A program made the translations under genes and the position numbers. The notes under the pieces are model-generated. The model saw only the letters and a program-made list of their open reading frames with translations. It was not told the origin of the DNA and searched no databases. Below are positions 1 through 11,225 of a stretch of 64,000 bases of DNA, piece after piece. Position 1 is the stretch's first letter; every line of letters starts with the position of its first letter. This DNA comes from Epiperipatus broadwayi (taxonomy: Eukaryota > Animalia > Onychophora): NCBI GenBank assembly GCA_028023455.1, contig JAQFVV010000006.1, positions 6,138,001 through 6,202,000 of the forward strand. The letters run 5' to 3'.

Positions 1-739
1 TATTTATTTACTCAATAAAAATCATTAGAATTTCAAAACCGTAATCTGGCTTGATTAATATAAAACATTTAAGTAGCAATACTTGATTTATTAATATATT
101 AATAAACTGAAGATCAAATAAATGTGATCATCTTTTATCCAACAAAATACATTGGTACCAATGTATAGCGGGGATGGGGTATGACTTAGAAGTTCCTTTC
201 AATAATTGTTTGGAAATCTAACTTGTAAATTATTTTAATATTTGTTTGTCCCGTGAATAGACTTATAAATTACATACTAATAATAACATATTTATTCCAG
301 TTTAGCAATATGTGTATTTAATTTATAATATAATGGATTAATTAATATTTAAGATGATAAAAATTTGTAGTTGTTTTCAATTCTGCTTTAAGATAATTCA
401 ATACAATATTTAAATGTTTAAGTTTATATAATTGGAATATGGTTATTTCTTGCTTTAATATTGTCTTGGATTGAATATTTATATTAAAAAATTATACGCA
501 TTACATCAAAAAGCTCTAACAGGTATTTTACAACCACCTCATAGCTGATGTTGAGGGTGTGAGATGTCAAAACTTGTATGTGAATACTAATGGCAATTTG
601 ATTGATCTGTTAATTAAACAATATTAATAAGTTAATTTACATATTGGTATGTGTGTAAAATCAATACCTTTTTATAAAATATATGTTTTGATTTAGTTAA
701 ATTTGAATTATTCCCTCTCAGAATTCTATACACTTATAT

Positions 740-1095
740 ATACTGATGACATTTTAAAATATTGTCTTGCCTACGATTGCGATAGCATGCACATGTGTAT
801 AATCAATGTAGATGCATGAAATAGAAAATTTTCTTCATGCTGACAAAGCCTGTATATAAATCAATCTGACATTTTAAAATATCTTGTTTATAATTCTAAT
901 AACATGCATATGTGTGTAATGCATGTGCATGCATGAAATGGTAAGTTTTCTTCATGCTGGTAATGCTCATATATAAATCAATCTGACATCTCAAAATATC
1001 TTGTTTATAATTATAACTTGCATGTGTGTGTAGTGCATATACATGCATAAAATGACAAGTTTTCCACATGCTAAGATGCCCATATATAAATCAAT
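740..1095. repeat. Degenerate tandem repeat, about 115 bp x3
   Basis: atataaatcaat at 854, 971 and 1084. Confidence 0.8.
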
Positions 1096-1505
1096 GGTAA
1101 TAATCAGAAGTAAAACTGAACTCTAAATTGGGCTCCATTACATCTTTTCTGCTTTTAAAGTTACTGGTATATAAAATTATTCTCAATCATCATTTTTAAT
1201 CATTGCTGCACGATAATCTCACATTTGTTTGCAAAAAATTTGTCATTTCTAACCTACTGCCTCCATTAAAAATAAATAAAAAATAAAAATTTTACGAAAA
1301 TAAATCTTTGATAGCTAAAACTTAAGATTTTAGTGCAACAGTAAAATGATTTCGTTTACATTTGTTTTTCCAGAAGCTGTAAGAACTGAAAATGATGTGA
1401 AGAACAGATCATAAAAGGAAAGGAATTAAGAAATGTTGGAAATGATACGGAGAACAGATGGTGAAAAGAATTAAGAAGCACTGATATAAAAAGTTTTTAT
1501 TTTTT

Positions 1506-1601
1506 ATTTTTTTCATGTGTCAAAGCATCGGCCGGAAAACGAACCCGCGACAATTGCTTGTAAGGCAGCTGTGCTAACCACTCGGCCACTAACGCTTGAC
1601 A
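1506..1601 (-). mobile_element. tRNA-Gly(TCC)-derived short repeat (SINE-like or tRNA pseudogene), anticodon position reads TAC
   Basis: gcgttagtggccgagtggttagcacagctgccttacaagcaattgtcgcgggttcgttttccggccgatgc (71 nt, 1525-1595) closely follows eukaryotic tRNA-Gly-TCC as I recall it; A-rich tail; four copies in the window. Confidence 0.8.
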
Positions 1602-2214
1602 GTTTTTTTTATTTTATCAGAGTCTTGTCACCTCAACTCCAGTATATAATAACTATCCGTCAATGCTGAAACTCACATCATCCCCTAAGAAGATAATCTG
1701 ACTTTCAACTCTGTGGGCTGGTTGCGATTTAATGACGCTGAATCGCACTGAAAAAAAAAAAAATTAAAACAGATTTTAAAAATTTGCAATTTTTTTTTTT
1801 TTCTGTTTTTAAAACAAATTTTTTTTTTAAAAGTTTTTTCCCATTGTTGGTAATAACGTAACAAAAGTTTTAAAACAAAAAATCCATTACTTTTAAAGAG
1901 AAGAAGAAAATGTAGAGAATGAACTTTTAAATCGAATTCCATTTGTGGCGTTTAGTAGCACCAAGATTTTAAGAAATAAGCTTAGTTCACGAAGACTGCT
2001 AATATATTCCCCTAGAAAAGTTGACCATTCAGAGTGAAAACTAAGTGAAAGGATTTATAATCTATTTTTAAGAATGCGAAAATAATTTAAAACGTATTAT
2101 TTCTACATTTTTTTTTTTTTTAAAAAAATCACGTCTAAATAATGATTCTTCTAACATTGTTCACAAATGATCAGTAGAAATATGCTTAGCAGATAATAAT
2201 AAACAGTCTTTAAA

Positions 2215-2432
2215 TAAACAAGGCAAAACTCTCCATACAGTAGTGCCACCCTGTGCCAACCAAAGTAATCAATGGATGCCAGAAGGCTTGTGCATAAAAA
2301 CCCTATCTAGTGCCTACTCATCCAATATCCCCAGACTAGTTTCTGGCTTGTGGCCTTCATCAGTGAGGAGCCTTAGATCTGAAAGCACTGCACTTAGATG
2401 TGCTAGTATGAGATGGTGATCATGTGATGTTA
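2215..2432 (-). mobile_element. Family A repeat copy with an inverted tip
   Basis: caaggcaaaactctccatacagtagtgccac...gcactgcactta, followed by the opposite-orientation piece tgtgctagtatgagatggtgatcatgtgatgtt. Confidence 0.85.
2328..2369 (-). ncRNA. Minimal type I hammerhead ribozyme (family A)
   Basis: Minus strand: UCCUCA CUGAUGA A GGC-CACAA-GCC A GAAA C-UA-G UC^ UGGGGA. Stem I 6 bp (one G-U), stem II 3 bp closed by an A/A mismatch, palindromic stem III ACUAGU, GUC cleavage triplet. Fold by eye. Confidence 0.75.
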
Positions 2433-2639
2433 AGCAGTCTTTAAATGCTCAAGGCAGAACCTCTCCATTTCAATAAATAAACAACTAAAAAAAAAGCATT
2501 ATCCACTAGGTTAATTTTGGGTTGTGAAAACATGAGTGATTTTTCATTCTTGTTTGCCCTCTACCAAAAAATTGTTGGATACCCATTTACTTATGGAGTA
2601 CTAGATGGGGACTGGATTGATTACAGACTCAGAAAAAAT

Positions 2640-3235
2640 CCTAAGTTTGTTGTTAACTCAATAATCATAAATATCTTAGTCAGATTATTAATTACTATAG
2701 ATTGAAACATAATGGATGAAATTAGTCATAGAATTAAACTTGACATGAGTTTTTTTAAAAGAAATTATATCTGAGTGTTTAAATGGTAAAGATTTTAATA
2801 GATATGTTTATCAGTTTTTATTTAACGATTTCAAATTTGAATCTTTACTAGAACAATTCAGAACTTCAGACCACTCAATGAAAGATGGAGAGATTTATGT
2901 TGGAGTAAAATGGGAATAAAATTGAAATACACACCAATAAGAAAACAAACAACTATGAATGAGTTCAATTAAAAAAATTAAAGTCTGACTAAAATTAGTT
3001 GAATATATTGCTAGAAGAGATAATAATAGATAGACAATTGAAGTCTTAAACCAGATTCCAAAATATTATAAAAGACCTACAAAAAGACCATATGTGAGAT
3101 GGATGAAAAATAAGAAAGTTTGTTGGTGTGATGTGGAAAAATAAGGTTAAAGATTAGAGAAATGGGATTAAACTTGGAGAGATCTTCATCCTGCAGATGT
3201 TCAACAGTGGGTTGAAAACGATGATGATGATGATA
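2640..3235 (+). mobile_element. Decayed RTE-clade LINE 3' fragment
   Basis: Remnants of QLITID.NIMDEISHRIKL (about 2680-2745) and RP.KRPYVRWM.KIRK (3070-3120); the 3' end gagatcttcatcctgcag...(gat)n matches 40015-40310 and 61200-61690. Confidence 0.7.
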
Positions 3236-3490
3236 TACATTATCAATATTTAATATATATATATACTAATGCAAACATTAATACTAAAATATCATTAATC
3301 CTGAAAACACATGCACACTAAAGATTAGAGAAATGGGATTAAACTTGGAGAGATCTTCATCCTGCAGATGTTCGACAGTGGGTTGAAAACGATGATGATG
3401 ATGATATACATTATCAATATTTAATATATATATATACTAATGCAAACATTAATACTAAAATATCATTAATCCTGAAAACACATGCACACA
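3148..3490 (+). repeat. Near-perfect 171-bp tandem duplication spanning an RTE tail and its flank
   Basis: taaagattagagaaatggg starts at 3148 and 3319; one difference seen (caacag/cgacag). Confidence 0.9.
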
Positions 3491-5229
3491 CTCACTCATA
3501 TGTTAACTTAAAATGTTAAGAATTCTTCTAGATATAGAGAATTATTATGAATCATTTTACATATGTCTACTGCTGATAGCTATTAAAAGTTATAATTTTT
3601 TTCTCAAATCTTGCAAAACAGTTTTTAAAACTTTATAAATGCATCTAATATCATTATTTCATAATGGTTCTGACAAGAGGTTAGTTACATTAAAGAATGT
3701 GATAAAATTACCACATAACAAGCGAGCACTTAATTCGGTATCAAAAGTTTTCATTAAAGAAAATGTCAAATTTTTATCATTTAAATTCAAATGGAGGTGT
3801 ATCTTAATCTGATTATATTAAATAAAAGTTATATCAACTTCCATCAAAAGTTTGATCATTTAAAAAAAAAAGATAATACACTTATAGTCATATATTTAAA
3901 AAAAGGTCATATTGTAATAATAACATACCCTTCTATCAGTCCAACAATCTGAGTTCAAATCCAGGTTTGATATAGATTTAAGAATTTTTCAGGATCCAAT
4001 CATGCTTTGAATTTTCTTTCTGATAGTTTCTTATTGCCAATTCAAATAAATACATAATATTGTTCAGCAAATATATATCTATACTTTCTAATTATATAGG
4101 CAAATCTAAAGCATTTTGATTTGAGAGAAGCTAGTAAGTTGAAGACAAGATGGCTGCTTTCATCTTTCTAAAGTCGTAATCCTGTGTTAAGATTTGTAGA
4201 GGTCCCTCTCGTGGTAAAAGTAAGCACTCAAGACGCATAGTATTAAGATTAAAGCCTTATAATATAATTTCTGCGATTTTGCAGACACTTTTTTTTATTA
4301 TATCTTTTAATAAAAATTGAATGACAATATATTTCCTTTATCCATATATTTAAGAGATGTATATAGTTTAAAGCTTTTCTGGGATTAGCTGGTGTAATTT
4401 AAAACAGTAGGGACCTCAGGGTTTTATATAGCTTATGACCTCATCAAGTCTAAATCCGGCATTGCATTTAAGAGTTGTGTTTTGTTTATATTGATTACTA
4501 ATATATATCAATATTGAATCACTGATCAAAAGTTATATTATGATGAAATGTGTGTAGCTTTATTAAATTGTTAAAACTAAACGCCGTTTACCGACTGATT
4601 TCAATTCTTATTTAAAACTAATTTGCTTTTTTTTTAAAAAAAAAAAAATCCATTAAATTTATTGACAAATTGAAATTTTCCAGCTTGGAATTAATGTTTT
4701 GCAATATGGAAAGGCAGAAATTGACAAATTGGCTGAACAAAGAAATAAAAAAAAATATTTAGTTTGATCTTTCATATTTTTCCGCCATTGTGATTATAAG
4801 TGAATTGTTAACCTTAAAAAAAGGCACGTTGTTTTGAAACAGAGATTAATCGTTATTCGTTAATATCAGGTGAAAGGAAATTATATTTTTAAAACGATCT
4901 TCATTTTTGTATAATAATGAAATAAAATTCGGAAAGGTTAAAATTGAAACTAAAGATGTTCAACATTAAGATATCAGTAATATGGGGGAAAAACAAACAG
5001 AGATAAACAATATATATATATATTTTTCCTAAAATACATATTCAGAATAGTCAGTGCAAGGCAAATAGACTGTATACTATCAGACATGAAGATTTGTGAT
5101 GGTGGTATTTTAGTTGTATTTATATACTGTCCTATTTCTATCATCTAATATTAAATAGTGAATGTCTATAGAAAAATTTAACTTTATATAAAATTTCCAA
5201 TTACATTCAATTGTTAGTAATAGCACACA

Positions 5230-5720
5230 GGTTAATATATACAAAAAGTTTCAAATGGCATTAGCCTCCTCTCTTCTTCGGATGTTGATAGCCTGAACAG
5301 TGACAACACCTGCATGGCAATCAATCCTGGACTTTTAGATTCTCACATATCGAATTTTACAGTAAAGAATTGTATTAGTATCCTCTCTTATTCAGATGTT
5401 TCAGGCCTGACCAGTGAAAGTACTAGAATGAAAATCAAACCTGGACCTTTGGATTCTTAAATATTGAATTTTAAAGTAATGCTGTAACCAAATAAGCCAT
5501 CCTGCCAAGAACAACGACCAGTTCACATACTTATTTATGAGGTTCATCCTGATTTCTCCATTTTGTCCTATGAGTGAAATTGGTTATAGCTACACTAGAT
5601 TGACAAGAATTATTTGTCAACGTCATGTGAGCAACTTTTTTAAGGTTTTTTTTTGTACTTTTTCTTCCCTATCCAATATTTTTGTATTTTCCCAATAGAA
5701 CATATGCTCCTATTCCCCAG
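5230..5720 (-). mobile_element. Decayed copy of Penelope-like family B with a duplicated terminal segment
   Basis: Reverse complement aligns to 41480-41840 (catgtgagcaac, ttatgaggttcatcctgatttctcca, gcctgaccagtga); the about 110-bp tip is present twice (about 5265-5370 and 5380-5480). Confidence 0.75.
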
Positions 5721-6133
5721 TGAATTTTTTTTAATGAAATTAATTGGTGAAATAAAAACTAACCAAATAGTTTATGACTTGAAAATTTATAAAAAAAATT
5801 CAAATACCGGAAGTGATAGAATTGAGCCACAATTTGTGGATCTTGAGATCTGAAGACCAAGACCCTGAACATGCAGAGCATTGATTAAAATAGATCAAGT
5901 TACGCTGAACCAATGGACATTGGCTCTATAGTTTGACAATCCATCATTGCATTGAACCACACAGAGGAGTAATTAAAATAATTTTTATTTTAAACATGAT
6001 CAGAATTGGACCACGTTAAATGTTGAATTGGCTCTGAATAACATATAATGATGAACACAATGATCTAATCTTAATCACCCATACTGGTTGTTTTTACTCG
6101 AGTATTATTTGAAAGTCTAACAAAATTATGACA

Positions 6134-6359
6134 AACTAAACATCACATGATCACTATTTCTTATGCTAGCACATTACTGTTATTAAAACAGGCAAAACTC
6201 TCCATACAGTAGTGCCACTCAGTGCCAACCAGAGTAATCAATGGATGCCAGAAGGTTTGTGCACTAGATAGGGATTTTATGCACAAGCCTTCTGGCATCC
6301 ATTGATTATTCAGGTTGGCACTGAGTGGCACTACTGTATGGACAGTTTTGCCTGTTTTA
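6134..6359. mobile_element. Family A fold-back copy
   Basis: Arms about 6185-6265 and 6280-6359 are inverted; the spacer is reverse-strand family A sequence. Confidence 0.85.
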
Positions 6360-6469
6360 TGACAAACTAATGTTTTTAATTATTATTGGTTCTGATTTAT
6401 TTTATTAAAAAATTATAGATATCACTAGATGTCTCTAATTTAAGGTTTGAGCTGGATCTTTAGCAACAT

Positions 6470-6845
6470 AGAAAAATATGGGTGTTAGTCTGCAAATTAT
6501 GTAAAGAAGGCATAGAAAATATTTGGCATCTGTTAATTGAATGTAAATGCATGCAAGCAGAAAGAGCACAAATAATGAAGTTATGGAAGAATAAATATAA
6601 ATAAAGTGATTATACAGAAAGTGGGTTCTTGGTTTTTATACTGGGTTTGGGGGAAGATAAGAGGGATTTAGATAAAAATGCCATAGAGTTGGCGAAGATT
6701 ATATTGTGGATATGCTATGTAGCAGGATAGTGAAAAATATGGGGAAACAGAGTGGGGAATGGAAAATAAAGTGGCTAACAGATTTCTCTGGGCATTGTGT
6801 CTGAAGATCCCTGACTCTGATAAACAAGACACATCACATCAATCT
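6470..6845 (+). mobile_element. 5'-truncated 3' fragment of the same LINE family
   Basis: Matches the ORF2 end (VCKLCKEGIENI.HLL.EC) and 3' UTR of 47285-47660; ends in catcacatc. Confidence 0.85.
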
Positions 6846-7006
6846 AAATTGAAGCTTTAAAATAGTTTACAATTACATTAAGAAAGGCATAAAATGTTTG
6901 CCAAAAAAATCTTTATGTAATAATACTTATGCAAATAAACAAATATATAGGATTATTGCCATGTTTTTTTAATACTGACATCTATAAATCTCTGCATTCA
7001 CAAACT

Positions 7007-7649
7007 TAACCCTTTGAAAGCAAGATTCAGTTATTTTTAATGCTACAGTAAAGACTTTGAAATGTTATAAAAAGTTCCTTAAGATGCTGCCCTCTCTTGA
7101 ATTATTTTACAAGTAAAAAATCAATAAAACTGACGTAATAGCTCTAACAAACGAAAAACACTGCTTTTTCTGGAATTTCATTGGCTGTTAAATTTTGACA
7201 ACAAAGAAAATGATAAACAAATGTTTTAGACCATTTTAAATGTATTTTTTGACAAATTATAAATTATTTTGATAAAATATGCTTAAGATATTACCAAAAT
7301 TATTTAATTACTATTTCAAAATTATTTATTTATCGCAACATAAAAGTGGGAAGAAATCTTTGACGTCAGCAAATCATTTTGGTTGGCAGGCAACGTTCCT
7401 TTTAAGATTTCCGTTTTTAAATATATTTATAATTATAAATCAAAATTTATTTTTGAAAAAACTTTCGTTCACTTTTATAATCTGACAAATTATTAATATA
7501 CTTTTTACAAACGAAACTAAAGTGAATATAATATTAAAAAGATGAATATATTTTGACCGTTTGATCATTGAGTTTGTGGATTGACCAATTAAAAGTTTCG
7601 ACTTTTACCTCACTCGGCCAATAAAATAATCAACGGTTAAAAGGTTTTA
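7007..7649. mobile_element. Possible piggyBac-like non-autonomous element
   Basis: TTAA-CCCTTT at the left end; imperfect aaagg-tt-TTAA at the right end; interior richer in CpG than flanks. No coding homology seen. Confidence 0.3.
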
Positions 7650-7729
7650 AGCTAAACAGAGAATAAATCTACTTGAATATAATTGTATTTATTTTTTATT
7701 TATTATGATTTTTATAAAATGATATTAAT

Positions 7730-8170
7730 TGACAAAATATTTCTAACATTGGCTAAGAAAAAGGTTTATTCATTCTCTTTATTTATTAATAGTAGCTGAG
7801 CACACTTTCAGCTAAAGAATCCATATTCATATCAACCACCTTTAGAAGCCAGATTCATTGTGCTCATAAGATCGGTATGTTTGCAATATTTATAGGTAAA
7901 CTGCTAATTATTTAAATTACTTATTTATATATTCCATTTGTTATTAAAGAGTTGGACACAATTCACATTTTTATTACTGACTTTGGCCTCTTCCAACTCT
8001 CAAACAAATGGAATATGTAAATAAATAAATTAAATAATTAGCAGTTTACCTATACCAATCAACTTATGAGTGCTATTAATTTGGATTCTCTAACTGAAAG
8101 CATGCTCAGCTACTGTTAACAAGTAAAGAGATTGAATAAACCTTTTCTTTAGCTAATGTTAGAAATATTT
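7730..8170. repeat. Imperfect fold-back; family also present at about 62400-62540
   Basis: aaaatatttctaacattggctaagaaaaaggtttattc versus gaataaaccttttctttagctaatgttagaaatatttt; centre about 7965. Confidence 0.75.
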
Positions 8171-9200
8171 TCAGCAACCAATTACAAACAAGATTTTAAA
8201 AAAAGGATAATACTTTGAATATTAAAATGATGTTAGAACTATTTGGAAAGTTTTCAAAAAATTACTTGCATCAGGATCTTACATATCCATACATCTAGTT
8301 CTGTGCCTACATACCTGTAAATTCAAACTCACACAGGTGTACTACATGCATCTTATCTCATTAAGAAAAACTATCTTAAAAATAGATAGATGGATTACTT
8401 TAGAAAAAGATATGGAGTACGTGTCACAGAATAAAAGATTTCTTTTCTTCTAATGATATAAAAAAATTACATACATTTAAACAAAAGGTATTTTTCAGAA
8501 GAAAATAATGTAAATAAGAGCAAATGATTATTCTAGCCCTTTCTCTTAGTAAGCTATAATCATCAGTGATTACCGGATAGCAGTATTTTACCCCTCCCCC
8601 TCTGAAATCAGGTTCTACTTTTGTTTTCATCAATAAACATTCAGGATTGAAAGCTCGAATTAATGTAACTGTGCATCAAGCAACATTTAACTCCTTGCCC
8701 ATACTATGGTATCATTCTGTTTAGGCAATAAATCAATTTCTCTTATTCTCCAATTCTGCCACCTAGTGTAAGTTTAAGTAATTAATCATTAAATTCCAAT
8801 TGATAATGCTTTGTGAATATGAATAGGATAGCATTGGATAAGGATTTAACAGGCACTATTATCTGGCATCTATTAATTATTAAAGCTAACACTAGGTGGC
8901 AGAGCTGATATAAAAAAAATAGATTTGCTATATAAAATTACAGTATTTTATGGGTATTGGATTTGTACTATGTAAAAATATGTCAGAAACATTTGCTGAA
9001 GCAACTGTTTATATGTATGTGCATAGTTGAGTACGTAGCAGTAATAATTTTATTAAATAAATATTTAAAATAAAAATAAGTGTAATTTTTAAAGAGAATT
9101 TAGAAGACCATTGGAGGTTTCAAAAAAAGGGCTTTATTTTAGCAAACTATGATACTCAGTGAACTATTTCAAAACTATGCAATAAACAAAACCAACCTAC

Positions 9201-9478
9201 CTTTTGATTCATATTGTGTCCACTCTTCATCTTCATCAAAGTGGCAATCTCCACCTCGATCCGGAGCTGGAAAAAATGCATGGGCTAACACATTTCCAGG
9301 ACCATCAAATGGATACCCATCCCCATGGTAATGATGGGCAAACTGAATATGAATATCTGCATCCCCACTTCCAACTTCATAAAATGTCAGAGCGGAGACA
9401 TCACTCCAAACTTTAAATGCATTATATATTTCTCGGCGGCAATTATCATAACCTAGGTCATTGCTCCAGTTATCCAAC
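9201..9478 (-). CDS. Internal exon of a matrix metalloproteinase (peptidase M10 catalytic domain, N-terminal half)
   Basis: Translation LDNWSNDLGYDNCRREIYNAFKVWSDVSALTFYEVGSGDADIHIQFAHHYHGDGYPFDGPGNVLAHAFFPAPDRGGDCHFDEDEEWTQYESKG has the MMP motifs AFxVWS, DIxIxF, HGDxxPFDG, LAHAFFP and GGDxHFDxDExWT. Bounded on the minus strand by acceptor tttatattttAG (AG at 9480-9479) and donor GTaggt (GT at 9200-9199); phases 2 and 1. Confidence 0.93.
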
Positions 9479-9929
9479 CTAAAATATAAATATTGTAATT
9501 AAAATTATTAAATCATTATGGTGAAATATTTATTCAACAATACACAAAATATAATTATATCTATGGTTAATAAAAAATTAAAATAGATATTAACTAATAA
9601 ATTAGACTTGATACCTAATTCTAATTCATTGCATATTACACAATAACATACTTCATGTTGAGTCTCAAATAATAGTCACTGTATATCAATTGTATTATTA
9701 TTATTTAGGCATATCAAGTTATTTAAAGTTATATAACAACCAAGTATGGATATTCATTTTTATGCATTTTAAGTAAAGAATGTTTTATGTCTAGTTAATA
9801 AGTACCAAAAACTACATTAAATGTAATTATTTTTCACTAACTTCAATTTGTTAATTTGTTTTGATTAGCAAAGTCAATATTAATAACTACTCTTTCTTAT
9901 TGCATTGCCAAATGTATACAATATAATAC

Positions 9930-10350
9930 TAAATCATCCTTGCCCTTCACTACTGTTACACAATGCTTTCTTTACCACCCTACAGTTTTGATTGCCCCAG
10001 CAATCTTCTTCAGGACTTTATATCCTAATCTCAACTGCTAATGTTGCACAATGCTTTGTTTACCACCCTACAGTATTGATTGCCCCAGCAATCTTCTTCA
10101 GGACTTTATATCCTAATCTCAACTGCTAATGTTGCATAATGCTTTGTTTACCACCCTACAGTTTTGATTGCCCCAGCTATCTTCTTCAAAACTTTATTAT
10201 TTCCTAACCTCAACTGCAATTTAGCAGTTGAAGTTAGGAAATATAAAAGTTCTGAAGAAGATTTCTGGGGCAATCAAAACAAAACTGTAGGGTGGTAAAT
10301 AAAGCATTGTGTAACAATAGTAAAGTGCAAGGATGATTTAGTATTATAAG
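9930..10350. repeat. Family D: 88-bp unit x3 plus an inverted copy, with a hammerhead-like hairpin
   Basis: Units start at about 9961, 10049 and 10137; 10221-10350 is inverted. Minus strand reads CUGAAGA A GAUUGC-UGGG-GCAAUC AAAAC. Confidence 0.8.
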
Positions 10351-10559
10351 GTCAATATTACATGTTTGCTTAATTTATAGGTGTTTGCTCTAAATGGTTA
10401 ATCCAAGGATGAGAAAAGCTACTTGCAAGTGCTGGTTATTGGATGCAATCTCACACTCCATTTTTATTGCTATGCAATTTCATAATCCATGTAATCAGAT
10501 TTAATTACCTATAATACCAGAGATATGAATGTATGAGAGGGTATTCAAAGGTAAAACCA

Positions 10560-11225
10560 CTAAACAAACATGACATGATCACCATCTCTTATACTAGCAC
10601 ATAATTGTTATTAAATAAGGCAAAACTCTCCATACAGAAGTGCTACCCTGTGCCAATGAGAATAATCAATGGATGCTAGAAGGCTTGTGCATAAAATTCC
10701 TATCTAATGCCTATGCATACAATATCCCCAGACTAGTTTCTGGATTGTGGCCTTTGTCAGTGAGGAGCCATGGATGAGATCACTGCACCTGGATCTTAGG
10801 AACTAATGCAACCCTCCAGCAGCCATCTTTTATCTCTATTTAACTACAAAACTATGAGAATGAAATTGGAAAACACAATAATATTTTCAATCTAAGCTCA
10901 ATAGCTTGTACAGACCTATATGACTATATAAGCTATTGCGCTTAGATTGAAAATATTATTGTTTTCAATTTCATTCTCATAGTTTTGTAGTTAAGTAGAA
11001 ATAAAAGGTGGCTGCTGGAGGGTTGCATTAGATCTTAAGATCTAGGTGCAGTGCTCTCAGATCTAAGGCTCATCACTGACAAAGGCCACAAGCCAGAAAC
11101 TATTCTGGTAATATTGGATGAGTAGGCACTAGATTGGGATTTTATGCACAAGCCTTCTGGCATCCATTGATTACTCTGATTGGCATAGGTGGCACTGCTG
11201 TATGAAGAGTTTTGCCTTGTTTATT
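10560..11225. mobile_element. Family A fold-back copy with about 300-bp arms
   Basis: About 10612-10910 is inverted at about 10925-11222; both arms carry the core change CTGACAA. Confidence 0.88.

Noticed and set aside
8255-8310. Minus-strand GTELDVWI, resembling the start of the next MMP exon
   Set aside because: No HExxHxxGxxH follows; the frame closes after 17 codons.
8530-8570. CUGAUGA...GAAA on the minus strand (similar bare motifs at 23212, 34755, 54140 and 58970)
   Set aside because: No convincing stem II, stem III or stem I; expected by chance in AT-rich DNA.
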